A program made the position numbers and the translations under genes. Under the pieces are notes generated by a model that made no database searches, was not told the DNA's origin, and worked only from the letters and a program-made list of their open reading frames with translations. From positions 4,340,001-4,404,000 of the forward strand of contig NC_043012.1 of assembly GCF_006345805.1 (NCBI RefSeq): a stretch of DNA of 64,000 bases, given 5' to 3'. Positions 25,657 through 37,779 of the stretch are shown piece by piece; position 1 is the first letter of the stretch, and each line of letters begins with the position of its first letter. The DNA comes from Octopus sinensis (Eukaryota).

Positions 25657-26985
25657 GTAAGTCTTGTATAAAATCCAAACTTTGAATGTTTTTGTGCATC
25701 AATAATTAAAAGAAATTCTTATTTCGGTGTTGTACTTGTACAAGTAACTTGATCTGTGATTGTGTGTTTTGAAACTGACACAGTTATATCCTGGAAAAGC
25801 TAGAGATTGTGGCCTTTTAAAACACACATCTTATTTTCTAATAGTATTATGTATTATAATTGCTGGCGTGAGTAAGAAGTTTGCTCTGCAGACACATGGC
25901 TTGCTGTATGGTACTGTGGGTAGGTATCCTACCTTGGACTGACTGATGCCACATGAGAAAAATTGGTAGATGGCTTAGATGTGGCTTTGTGATTAAGAAG
26001 CTTACTTCCCAACCATTTGAGCTCAGGTTCAGTTCCACTGCACAGCACTAAGGGCAAATGTCTTCTGCTGTTGTCCAATCAAAGCCTTGTTGTCAATGTT
26101 TATGCTGGTTATCATATAAAAGACCTAAGTATAAACACCTAACTTGGTAACAAAAAGGGCACTCAGCCAGCCATAAATCACTGCCTTGGCAAAGTCTCAT
26201 TCAACCAATGACAGCATAGAAAACTGAATGTAAAGTTGATAACACTGATGATGATGATGTGCATTACAGTGTCCAGAAATGTTATACATCTATTAATCTG
26301 ACCTCTGACACTGCAAATGGTCATCATGGTGCTATAGTGATTGATACATATGTCCATACTGCTGTTGTCTAGACCCTATAGAGAGGAAACTGCTCCAGCA
26401 TCTGAAATGAATACTCAGGAATTGAACCTGTGAGCTTGTGATTTTGTGCCCTTTATCCTAACCTTTAGGTCTCGTGCCTAACTACTGACTAATCCATTAA
26501 AAAAAAATATTCCAGTTATAGGTGCTGGCATGGCTCTGGGGTAAGAGGCTTGCTTCCCAGCCACATGGTTCTGGGTTCGGTCCCACTATGTGACACCGTC
26601 TACTATAGCCATGGGCTAATCAAAGCCTTGTGAGTGGACTTGGTAGATGGAAACTGAAAGAAGCCTGTCGTATATATATGTGTGTGTGTGTATTTGTTCT
26701 CCCCTTCTTCACTTAACAACTAATGTTGGTGTTTTTACGTTCCTATAACTTAGTGGTTCGGCAAAGGAAACCGATAGAATAAGTACTAGGCGTATAGTGA
26801 GTTCTGGGGTCGATTTGTTTGACTAACAAATCAAAGAATAGAAGAATAATAATCTCTAGTTTCAAAATTGAAATCCATCTCTTTTTACAACTGTTGGTAT
26901 TTATTTGATTCTTTAAAAAAAACTTTAAAAAAAAACTTTGTTGTATGATTGTCTGCTAAAATTTTATTGTTATGTCTTGTTGCAG

Positions 26986-27168
26986 TCAAAACATACAACG
27001 GAACTGTTGTGTCTGGAAAACCAACAACTATCCGGTGTGAGGCTGAAAATTTGCATTATCTGGTTTCTTTTAACTGGACCAAGGATCACAAGCAATTATC
27101 AGAACTCAGCGAGCTGAATGGTCGCTATATTGAGCATGAAAACTATACATTGGAAATCCCAAAAGCCA
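26986..27168 (+). CDS. bsg: Basigin-like, Ig domain 2 first half
   Basis: TGTTGCAG acceptor; (V)KTYNGTVVSGKPTTIRCEAE...FNWTKD...YTLEIPKA; donor A|GTAAAT; in frame with the previous exon. Confidence 0.85.
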
Positions 27169-28869
27169 GTAAATACACTTTTTTAGTTTTTCTTATTTTT
27201 TCATTTTTTTTCTTCAATTATTATGTCTGAATTTACTGAAGTAATATGTGTTAAGTCCTATATAGAGCTGCTATGAAGTCCAGTTCTTGCTACAATATGG
27301 TTATTTGTGTGCCTCAGTGACCCTGAGAGCTGTACTAGTGTTGTGCAAGATCCTGGTAGGGCCTCTTATACTGAAAAGGTCAGAGGTCAGATTAATATGA
27401 CCACCTCTCCCCAGAGGTAAAAAGGGGTTTGCATAAGGGTCAACATCTCAACTTAGAAAATAAACAAAGTTACTGAAGCCTTGATGATTCTTCAAAACCA
27501 ACAAGACCTGAAAAAGTAAGTCCTTCTTTCTGGGAATCATGACACAGTGCCACAAAATCCAAAAAGAAAAATCAGGGGTCCAACTGGGAAGCAGAAAAGA
27601 CAAGCCAAAGTTGAGAACAGTGGAGAAAAATTGTAGATGGCCCATCCAGATGTTATTAATGGAGGTTAATCTGGGTGAGAGAGGAATAAAATAAGGACTT
27701 TGAATCTTTGGAAAGTTATGATTCATATATGATGCAAAATAGGAACCATGTTCTGTAGAACCATCTGGTTTATGTACCATGATAGAATGATGGGAAAAAA
27801 AGGAGAGATGATTATGTAATCATCTTATCATTAAGAAATCTGCAAATCAGAAAATTCTTCTGTCACTGTTTTTAAATGTAGAAAATCAAGCAGTTTGTTC
27901 GTGTAACAACCATGTCATGCTACCTCTAGTGAATATTGTCATGTGTGAACGGAATCTTGGTAATATAAGCATAGTATGGCTACTGACGGAATGGTTGAGT
28001 AACATCAAGGAATTTGTTGGGATGAGGATGAGGGGGCGAAATTCAGATTGTTGATGACAAACAAAGATAGAGTGGTGGTGGTGGGGAGGTTGAACCTCTT
28101 GCTGTGTACTTCCTCTGTAGATTATTAATTTAATTGATTAATCTGACAATAATCTAGTAAGAGAGAAGGAATAGATTTTACGAAGTGAGAAATAATAGAT
28201 ACAATGTTGGAAATTTCTCATTTTTTATGTGTTGGTGGTGATACATGGTTGATTATATCTAAAATAAAAGTACTGATTTATTAAAATAAGTACAAAATGT
28301 GTACAATCCCATAAATTCACTATATTTTGGATAAGAAGAAGAAAAAATGCTTTTGTACAAAATTTCAGCTCTCTGGGTCCAAAGCCATGGCTACTGGGGA
28401 CACATATTCCTGATAGTCACAGGGGCTGAAATTATGTATTAACAAAATAAGGTAAAAACAAATGAAATATTTTCATTTAGAATTAGAATATTTCTTCTTT
28501 GAAAGATTCATTTTTATAATTTTCATGACCATATTGAAACACACTGTTTCAGGAATGATCAAGAATTTGATGTGTTTTAGTAAAATAACTGATCAATAAA
28601 CAGGTGTTTGTGAACAGTACCTACCAAAAGGTCTTAAAATTTTGTCAGAAGATTTTAATTAAAATCTAAAGAATACCTATGCATTTTGGTATTGTAAGAT
28701 CTGAGGCAGACTCAGACAAGCTAGTAATTAAAGTGTTAATCAAAATGTTAACCTTTCTTTCCCTTTGCTCTCTCTCTTTCTCTCAAATTAGATTTAGGAA
28801 TTTTCAAATTATAGTGTAGAGATCCTTTGAACAATTCTTAGTCTTTGTTGTGTCTTTTTCTGTCTTCAG

Positions 28870-28956
28870 GGCGCAAGGATGCTGGGCTATACCAATGCAT
28901 GTACACTGTTGGAAAGAAAACCACCATAACCTTCTCAATCGGCGTAGCTATGAACA
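28870..28956 (+). CDS. bsg: Basigin-like, Ig domain 2 second half
   Basis: TCTTCAG acceptor; (R)RKDAGLYQCMYTVGKKTTITFSIGVAMN containing the DxGxYxC motif; donor A|GTAAGT at 28957. Confidence 0.85.
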
Positions 28957-29554
28957 GTAAGTCTCCTGTAACACTTTTCAAATTTCTGCTTCTTCTACAA
29001 CCCCATCTCATTTCAGACCACCTCTCCTTTGCTATTCAGTATTGTAATTCAAGCATGTCATCTTTAAACATATTTGGTGACATTTCCCTGCCTCCTGACA
29101 TTTGCTGATAATCAAGGAGCGATTCCACCACAAATTGTTAATAGGTTAGACTTCACATTCTACAGTGTTGTTTGTTTTCTCATCTCCAAGAATAAATTTT
29201 ATTTTATGTGTATTTTCTTTTCTCTATAGTAATGATTCTACTCTCCTGTGTTTAGCAATGATTTTGTCTGTCTATTGATTTTTATTTATTTGTATGTGGT
29301 AGGGGTAATTGTACTACACGAGCTGCTTATAAAACGTCAGATGCTTTCCACTTTATTGTTAGTAATTTTGTTGAACATTGTATTGGTATTACTAAGATTG
29401 CTACAACACCGAAAGCTCTTTTTTGCATCAGTGATTTTATTTTTGATATTCTATAGAAATGAAGATATTTCCTTCGTTTTGCTGTTTTTCTTTCTACAAA
29501 ATGAGAAGGTACATTGTGGAACTGTTATTTTAGCGAGTTGTATCTATTTATCAC

Positions 29555-29650
29555 CCGATGAGACACATCTGCACCATCAGATGGTCCTGAACCAGCTGTT
29601 AAGTGTCCCACCCATGAGGGGTCGATGCTAGATGTGCCGAAACAATTGTT
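29555..29650 (+). ncRNA. Tandem pair of decayed minimal hammerhead-ribozyme-like motifs (Penelope-type)
   Basis: CCGATGA-stem-TGAAC-CAGCTG-TT and CCCATGA-stem-GAAA-CAATTG-TT; palindromic helix III as described for PLE hammerheads; both cores are mutated. Confidence 0.35.
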
Positions 29651-29976
29651 GTGATTAATAATCCTTTCTACTATAGGCACAAGGCCTGAAATTTAGTGGG
29701 GAGGGGGGGACTAGTCAATTGCATCGACTCCAGTGTTTCACTGGTACTTATTTAATCGACCCCAACAGAAGTGTTAAGACCAATCCTTCTGGTTGTGTAA
29801 AGCATGACATGTAAAAGCACCCATGCAGTGCCACAAAAGCACCTGTGTGGCAACCAGACTATTGGTTGTTGTTATTTACTGCTGGTCACAATGCACTTCC
29901 TTGCATTGTTTTTAGCTTTTGAATGATGCAACCCTGCTGGACAATGGACAGTAAATGATGATGAAGCCTTTTTCCT

Positions 29977-30023
<47 letters not shown>

Positions 30024-30114
30024 CACACATACATATGTACACATTAGTGGAATGTGGATTAAGGCGTTGCACTCATAATTTTGTGAATGTGGTTTCAATT
30101 CCGGGCAGATGCTT

Positions 30115-30202
<88 letters not shown>

Positions 30203-30830
30203 TGTAGGTATGTTTGTGCAAACAGGAAAAATAGAACTCAAGAAAGGAGTGTATGTATATATTTTTTATTAATATTTAGCAGAAGTAATAGAGTGACTCA
30301 AAGTCTGGGACTTTCTTGCATTAGTAAATCCATTATTGCCATTGTTGCTTTTATATCCCCTTTTCCCTTTTTTGATGTGTATAAGGCAAGCCATCTGGAG
30401 GCAGTGCTGTTTGGCCAGAGGTATTTTCTGATGGCAACCCTTCTTTACAAGTGTTTTGGTTTATTGTGCTGGTCCTCACACTTGACGTTGCTGAGCTGCA
30501 GGACATAATCAGATATAGCTGCTCCGAAAAATAATATTCTTGTGAAAATGTGCAGATGCATGCTCATGCATACATGCACTCCCACACTCATCTGTGGATA
30601 TGTGTGTATGACAGACTTCAGGGCAAATTTCATTCACATGGCCTTGGTTAATTAGAGTAAGAAACACTTTCCCAAGGTGCCAAACAGTGAGATTGAACTC
30701 CAAACTTTGTGGTTGCAAAACATATTTTTTAGTCACACAACTCTGCCTGTTTTATATATACTGTTCAACCCATGTTAGCATGGAACGTGAATGTTAAATG
30801 ATGATGATGATGATATCTATCTGTCTAATC

Positions 30831-31058
30831 TTAATGATAAACACCAACCTGGCTGAAACCAGCTCTGACTCTTGATTACTGATGTTTTATTTTCATAAGT
30901 CTTGAAATAAAATCTTCCACCAAACCTTGGTCACAATTTATGTTCCTAACACCAGCTTAATGATAACTAAGTTATTTTACTAAATTCTTTGCTATACTTA
31001 AAATTAATTGAAAGAATCACAGGGCATCTCAAAATAAATATGATAACGAAAAGGTTAA
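30831..31058. mobile_element. piggyBac-like MITE family 1, degenerate
   Basis: Interior similar to 9231-9458; ends GAAAAGGTTAA; the left TIR is decayed. Confidence 0.65.
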
Positions 31059-31059
31059 T

Positions 31060-31467
31060 GATTGATAGTGGAGTGCTAAGGGCACCAACCGAGCATGATC
31101 GTTGCCAGAGCAACAAACTGGCTTCCATGCCGGTGGCACGTAAAAAGCAGCATTCGAGCGTGATTGTTACCTGCGTCGCCTTACTGGCACTTATGCTAGT
31201 GGCATGTGAAAAAACATTCAAGCGAGGTCATTGCCAGTGCAGGTGGCACATAAAAAGCACCATTTGAGCATAGCCATTGCCAGTTATGCCTGACCGGCCC
31301 TCGTGCCGGTGGCACGTAAAAGCACCCACTAAACTCTCGGAGTGGTTGGCGTTAGGAAGGGCAGATCAGATTGGAGCCTGGTGCAGCCATCTGGTTTGCC
31401 AGACCTCAGTCAAATTGTCCAACCCTTGCTAGCATGGAAAGCGGACGTTAAACGATGATGATGATGA
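31060..31467 (+). mobile_element. RTE 3' UTR-derived repeat (family C)
   Basis: GTGCCGGTGGCACGTAAAAGCAC subrepeats, ending GCATGGAAAGCGGACGTTAAAC(GAT)n. Confidence 0.75.
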
Positions 31468-32449
31468 CCTTGGTATGATTGTATGAAATAATCGACGAAC
31501 TAAGGCTCAAATTAAAAATCCTTAAAAAACTCGCAGTGTCTTATTGGTATTTAAACAGTAACCTAATAAATTTTATAAACTAAATACATTTTGGTTAAGA
31601 AGGTGGGCATTCTTTGAATCTATATGTCCTTTTGGTCAAATATCTGTTGTCAGTAGCTTACTGTGGTGAATGTAAAATAAATGTTAAATATGTAGGCAAT
31701 CATAAGTATTGTTTGATAAAGTATATGCTGTGTTGAGACTAGTGCTGTTGCCATTAAGGACTATTGTATCATCAGAGACTGCATCGTTGGATTTGCCTTT
31801 GACACATTCTTAACTGTAATTGTAGATATTTTGTTTCCATTGCAGTTAAGCTTCTTTCATTGGTTGAAAGATGTTTGGTTTGTTTGTTTGTTTGTTTATT
31901 GTTTTTCTTCTTTTTTTTTTGTTTTCTCTTTATGTTGGAATATGAAGATGTCATTGGAAGTGTCAACCATCTCAACTTATTCTCTCTGTCTCCTCTTTCC
32001 CAAATGTCAGTCATCTCAACTGTCGTTCCTCTTGTCAGACGCACGTGCACGTGCACACACATACACACGTGCACGCCCCCCCCCCAAACAAACAAACAAA
32101 CATCACGTTGAAGTTGCGAACAAGATATGTAGAAATGTGGGAGTAACATACAAGGAATTTGAATCTCTTAAGTACAGACCTTCACCCATTGTGCACTATG
32201 AGTATGGAGTGTTAACGAGGTCCATAATTAGCCCTTTAGCATTCTGATTAATTTATCCATTGTAATAATCATTTATCTACAATTATAAAAATTAATCATG
32301 TCGCAGTATCTTTTAACTTCAAGATTTTGAAGATGCAATTGTTTATTTTTTGAATGACATTGTGGGGTAGGTGTGACAGGCTGGATCTGGTTGGTTTGAG
32401 CAAAAAAGAGGGAGAATATTTAGGCCCCAGATGTGGGTAGTATTTCTTT

Positions 32450-32830
32450 TATTCTTTTATTTGCTTCAGTCATTTGACTGCGGCCATGCTGGAGCACCAC
32501 CTTTAGTCGAACAGATTGACTCCAGGACTTATTCTTTGTAAGCCTAGTACTTATTCTATCGTCTCTTATGCCGAACCACTAAGTTATGGGGACGTAAACC
32601 CACCAACATCGATTGTCAAGTGATGGTGGTGGGGAAAAACATACATACATACATATATATATATGTATACACACATGACAAGCTTCTTTCAGTTTCTGTC
32701 TACCAAATCCATGCTTTGGTTGGCCTGAGGCTATAGTGAAAGACACTTGCCCAGGATGCCACACAGTGAGACTGAACCTAGAACTATGTGGTCAGTAAGC
32801 AAGCTACTTACCACACAGCCAGGTCTGCGC
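32450..32830 (-). mobile_element. SINE family A, near full length, antisense to basigin
   Basis: Reverse complement of the family A sequence. Confidence 0.85.
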
Positions 32831-32859
32831 CTATTCATACTAAAAGGTTAATAATGATT

Positions 32860-33070
32860 TCGAATGTTTGCACAAGGCCTGCAGTTTCGGGGGAGTGGGT
32901 AAGTCGATTGCATTGACCTCAGTACTCAGCTGATACTTATTTTATTGACCTCAAAAGGATGAAAGGCAAAGTTGACCTTGGTGAGATTTGAACTCAGAAC
33001 GTAAAGACAGACAAAATGCTGCATGCCCCTAAGCATTCTGTCTAGTGTGCTAACGATTCTGCCAGCTTGC
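32860..33070 (-). mobile_element. SINE family B
   Basis: Reverse complement of the 40610-40830 type sequence. Confidence 0.75.
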
Positions 33071-33597
33071 TGTCGTAGGTCCATAATTAATAGTGGAAGC
33101 AATAGGTTCATGTAAAGTGTTGTTGTTGTTTAGTCTGAAGTCGGTCCTGATTAAACAGGATCTTGAATGCTGGGGAAGCTGTGTGGTTGTGAAGCTTGTT
33201 TCACAACCATGTGGTCTCAGGTTCAATCTCACTGAGTGACACCTTAGGTCACATAGTGTGTTTTCTATAGGCTGGTCAATGCCTTGTGAATGGAATTGAT
33301 AAACAAGAACCATGGAAGCCTGTGGTGTGTGTGTGCATGGGTTTATTCGGCATGTCATTGCATGATGCAGTTTGAACAAAATCGATGATGTCCTGTTTCG
33401 GTTGACTCTAAACTGTACATCTGTAGCTCTTCGTGTTGAGAGGATAAAGTCAAATGAAAAAATTCCTTGGAAAACAGAATTAGAGATCACAATGGAAAAA
33501 GAATCTGGCTGTAGAATACCATGGCAATGAATGTTTGTGGAATCTCATGTCTACAAGGAAAAGCAGATGTAAAAATATTAATCAATAATAATGATGT

Positions 33598-33760
33598 AGG
33601 CGTAGGAGTGACTGTGTGGTAAGTAGCTTGCTTACCAACCACATGGTTCCGGGTTCATTCCTACTGCGTGGCACCTTGGGCAAGTGTCTTCTACCAAAGC
33701 CTTGTGCGTGGATTTGGTAGACGGAAACTGAAAGAAGCCTTTCATGTATATGTATATATA
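33598..33760 (+). mobile_element. SINE family A 5' part
   Basis: GGCGTAGGAGTGACTGTGTGGTAAGTAGCTTGCTTACCAACC head. Confidence 0.75.
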
Positions 33761-33874
33761 GCTGTATGCTATGCTGTGTGCATGTGGCCACAATGCAGAG
33801 GCTGTACATATGGATTATAGGGAATTTTGTCAAACATTTTTCCATAGGAAAATTTGCTGTTCGAATTCTTTGTT

Positions 33875-34100
33875 TTAACCCTTTCGTTGCCAACCCGGCA
33901 ACCTAGCTCTGGCTCTCAGTACAAATGTCTTGTTTTCAAAAGTTTTGAATTAAACTCTTCCACTAAACCTTAGTCGCAATTTATGTTGCTAACACTAGCT
34001 TAAAGATAACTAAGTTATTTTACTAAATTCTTTATTATATTTAAAGTAATTGAAAGAAACACAGAGCATCTCAAAATAAATACGGTAATGAAAGGGTTAA
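33875..34100. mobile_element. TTAA-flanked piggyBac-like MITE, family 1
   Basis: TTAA-CCCTTTCG ... TGAAAGGG-TTAA, 226 bp, similar to 9231-9458. Confidence 0.85.
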
Positions 34101-34864
34101 ATGGCTTTATCACATTTAAAAAAAATTTTGATGTTGAATGAAGACTTGTCTATTTAGTACTTTTTCAAAACCTTTTTTCATTTTCTTTTTTATTAAAAAA
34201 AAATGCTGATATTATGGTGAATTTTCTTCTACGGCGAAATTTCTTATGTTGAATTGTCAGAACATTGTATATGTATGGGAGTCATGGTGTTACATTGGGT
34301 TTTCATATTGTTACCTTTTGCATAATTCTGTGTTTACTGGTTCCTAATAAGTAATCAGTCCCTTGGTTTTTGAAAGGACTAACTTAACGTTCAAGATATA
34401 TATTCTAATTTTCCACAGAACTGTATTAATATTCAGTTTAAGGTTGATATCTTTCATCATCCAGTGTTAAAAAAGTGTCTGTAAACTACTATATTTAATT
34501 CAATTCACAATAGTCCTTCCCTAACAAAATTAGTCCTGTTTTATCAAAGTCTTTTATCATTGTTGATAGAATTGGTAGAGCTGAGATGTTTATTTTTGGT
34601 CATTTAGGTGTTTTGAGAGTCTCTTTAGTTCAAAGTCTTGCTACTGTTGATTTGGGGAATTCATATAACTCAAAAAGATGGATGCCATATTCTCTAAATT
34701 TCATCCTCTTAGAAAATGGTGGCTGTGTGTGTGTGTGTGTGTGTGTGTGTGGATGGGTGAAGTTGAGGGAGAAACACTTTGTTTGTTGAAAATATACTAC
34801 TGAGAAAGCAGTAAAAAAAAGAAAAACTGAAGTAAATATGTTTTTTTTTCTATTTTATTTCCAG

Positions 34865-35131
34865 TGGCTCCTTACATTCAGTCAACTGGGACGTCTCGTA
34901 ACTTGGTACAAAGTGACAAATTGCAGTTGGAATGCAATGTTCAGAGCTATCCACCTTCAACTATTACTTGGAAAAGAGATAATGTTACTTTTGAAAAGGG
35001 TCAAAGAATTCATTGGAATAACAAGACACTTACCATCTACGACCTTCAATTCACTGACAAGGGCAAGTATATTTGCATTGCTAGCAACATGATTGGCAAC
35101 GCATCTATGACTGTCCTAGTTCGTGTAAAGG
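34865..35131 (+). CDS. bsg: Basigin-like, membrane-proximal Ig domain 3
   Basis: TTTCCAG acceptor; (M)APYIQS...LECNVQSYPPSTITWKR...LTIYDLQFTDKGKYICIASNMIG..VLVRVK; donor G|GTAAGT at 35132. Confidence 0.92.
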
Positions 35132-35519
35132 GTAAGTTATTTTCGTGTTTCTTTTAACTTTTGATCATTTATAAATAATCTTAACAAATGACAAGGGACC
35201 AAGAGATGTGATGATTTGCAGTCCTGGATAAGACGTGTCAAGCTAAATAAAATTGCTGTCTTTCACACACAGGCTTGTTCTTCAGGTGCTGGTGCCACTT
35301 AATAAGCACTCGTGCCACAGCTGTGTTAACACACCCGTGTTATGTTGATTTCTTGTTTGGTGCAAATGTGAATTTAAATCTTAGGAGATAAATCTTATTT
35401 TATTTTCTCAAAAACATGATCTATCATGAAATTACTTTCTTTGACATGTTTCTGCATAATTAATTACATTAAACAACCATTTTGTCTATCTTCTATGTTG
35501 TTTATCATTTATTTTTCAG

Positions 35520-35655
35520 ATAAACTTGCTGCTCTCTGGCCTTTCCTTGGCATTGTTGCTGAAGTTGTTATCTTATGTATAATTATTTTTATATGTGAGA
35601 AGAAACGCAGTAAAGACATGGAGGAAGATTATGATGGTGCCGGCCAGCAAAACAT
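35520..35655 (+). CDS. bsg: Basigin-like transmembrane and juxtamembrane exon
   Basis: (D)KLAALWPFLGIVAEVVILCIIIFICEKKR is the hallmark basigin/neuroplastin TM with an intramembrane Glu; donor AT|GTAAGT at 35656 (phase 2). Confidence 0.95.
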
Positions 35656-35934
35656 GTAAGTATACCTGGGGGGAGTCAGCAGTGAATCAATGCCTGATTC
35701 TTGTATAAAACAAGTAACTTGTGTGATTCAGGAGTGGCAGCTCAGACTGGTTGGCCATATTGCTCAGTTTTTCAAGTTAGACCCTTCTTACTGTGTTATT
35801 TTCACAGAAGATCCAGCTGGGCTCATGTTGGATGACCACATACTATAAGATCATGGCAGATGAGGTGGGTATCACATGGCGATGGGGACTGACCAGGACT
35901 CTGCTCCATGGTTGCCCAGGAGTCAGCTAAAAAT

Positions 35935-37627
35935 AGAAATGCCAGTTTAATTGTCTGGTAAGAAGTTTGCTTGCCAACCACATGGTTCCGGGTTCAGTCC
36001 CACTGCTACTATAGCCCAAGACTGACCAAAGTCTTGTGAGTGGATTTGGTAAACGGAAACTGAAAGAAACCTGTGTGTCATTTGTGTCTGTCTTCACACT
36101 ACTTGACAACTGGTGTTGGTTTCTGTGCAGGAGTGACTGTGTGGTAAGTAGCTTGCTTACCAACCACATGGTTCCGGGTTCAGTCCCACTGCGTGGCACC
36201 TTGGGCAAGTGTCTTCTATAGCTTCAGGCTGACCAATGCCTTGTGAGTGGATTTGGTAGATGGAAACTGAAAGAAGCCCGTCTTATATATATATATGTGT
36301 GTGTGTGTGTATGTTTATGTGTCTGTGTTTGTCCCCCAACATCGCTTGACAACTGATGGTGGTGTGTTTATGTCCCTGTAACTTAGCAGTTTGACAAAAA
36401 GGGACTGATAGAATAAGTACTAGGCTTACAAAGAATAAGTCCTGGGGTCGATTTGCTCGACTAAAGGCAGTGTTCCAGCATGGCTGCAGTCAAATGACTG
36501 AAACATGTAAAAGAGTATGTATCAGACTTCAAAAGAAAAAGAAAATATTAAATACTGGGCTTGATTTGTTTGACTAAAAATCCTTCAAGGGGATGGCCAT
36601 GGTCTAATCATTGAAATCAGTAAAAATAGTAAAAAAAGATGTGATGAGACCTAGATAAGTTAGTGGTGACGCTTTAAATTTAGAGAATATTAAAAAAAAA
36701 GCTAAATATAGACATGCATATAGGAGTGGCTGTGTGGTAAGTAGCTTGCTTATGAACCATATGGTTCCGGTTCAGTCCCATTGTGTGGCTCCTTGGGCAA
36801 GTGTCTTCTACTATAGCCTTGGGCTGACCAAAGCCTTGTGAGTGATTTGGTAACGCTTGACAACCAATGCTAGTGTGTTTATGTCCCCGTTGCTTAGCGG
36901 TTCGGCAAAAGAGGCCGATAGCATAAGTACTAGGCTTACAAAGAATAAGTCCTGGGGTCGATTTCCTCGACTAAAGGTGGTGCTCCAGCATGGCCGCAGT
37001 CAAATGACTGAAACAAGTAAAAGAGTATGCAGTGAGACAGACAGACAGCTATGATTGGAGTAACATATTTAATGTAGGGAATATTAAAGAGTTAACTAAA
37101 AATAGTGTATAATGAACAACAATAAACATTAGACAATGAGCAAATACAGGACACAACTCCCGACAATATATTTTGAGAATATTAGACAAAATTATGCATG
37201 GCAGGCAATTTTAGACATGTTTTGGTCTTATTCTGGCTTCACCAATAAATGATAGCTTTCACTGTACTTGCTTAATATGGTGATGTATGAGATTGTATAT
37301 TTGTTGCCATATTTGTTGAATAGGCGCAGGAGTGGCTGTGTGGTAAGTAGCTTGCTTACCAACCACATGGTTCCGGGTTCAGTCCCACTGCGTGGCACCT
37401 TGGGCAAGTGTCTTTTACTATAGCTTCGGGTCGACCAAAGCCTTGTGAGTGGATTTGGTAGACGGAAACTGGAAGAAGCCCGTCGTATATATGTATGTGT
37501 GTATATGTTTGTGTGTCTGTTTGTTCTGCCACCATTGCTTGACAACCGATGCTGGTGTGTTTACGTCCCCGTAACTTAGCGGTTCAGCAAAAGAGACTGA
37601 TAGAATAAGTACTAGGCTTACAAAGAA
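35935..37627 (+). mobile_element. Cluster of four same-orientation SINE family A copies (~35935-36125, 36126-36520, 36718-37025, 37321-37627)
   Basis: Repeated family A heads and bodies; the last copy is cut at ACAAAGAAT by the inverted duplication. Confidence 0.85.
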
Positions 37628-37778
37628 TTTTTTTTTCTTGAATACCTTTTTTTTTTAATCCTTATAATCAAAATATTCAAGAATTCTTTGACTACTTCAT
37701 TTCTGAATGATTCTGCTTTCTTATACTCTTTTTTACTTGTTTCAGTCATTTGACTGCAGCCATGCTGGAGCACCGCCT
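37628..37778. repeat. Left arm of a perfect 151-bp inverted repeat (partner 39094-39244)
   Basis: By-eye comparison: the reverse complement of 37628-37778 equals 39094-39244, including homopolymer lengths. Confidence 0.92.
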
Positions 37779-37779
37779 T

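Noticed and set aside
35656-35659. Basigin ending at NM-stop as in the ORF track
   Set aside because: The stop lies in a consensus GTAAGT donor, and a phase-matched exon with RQRN exists at 39369.
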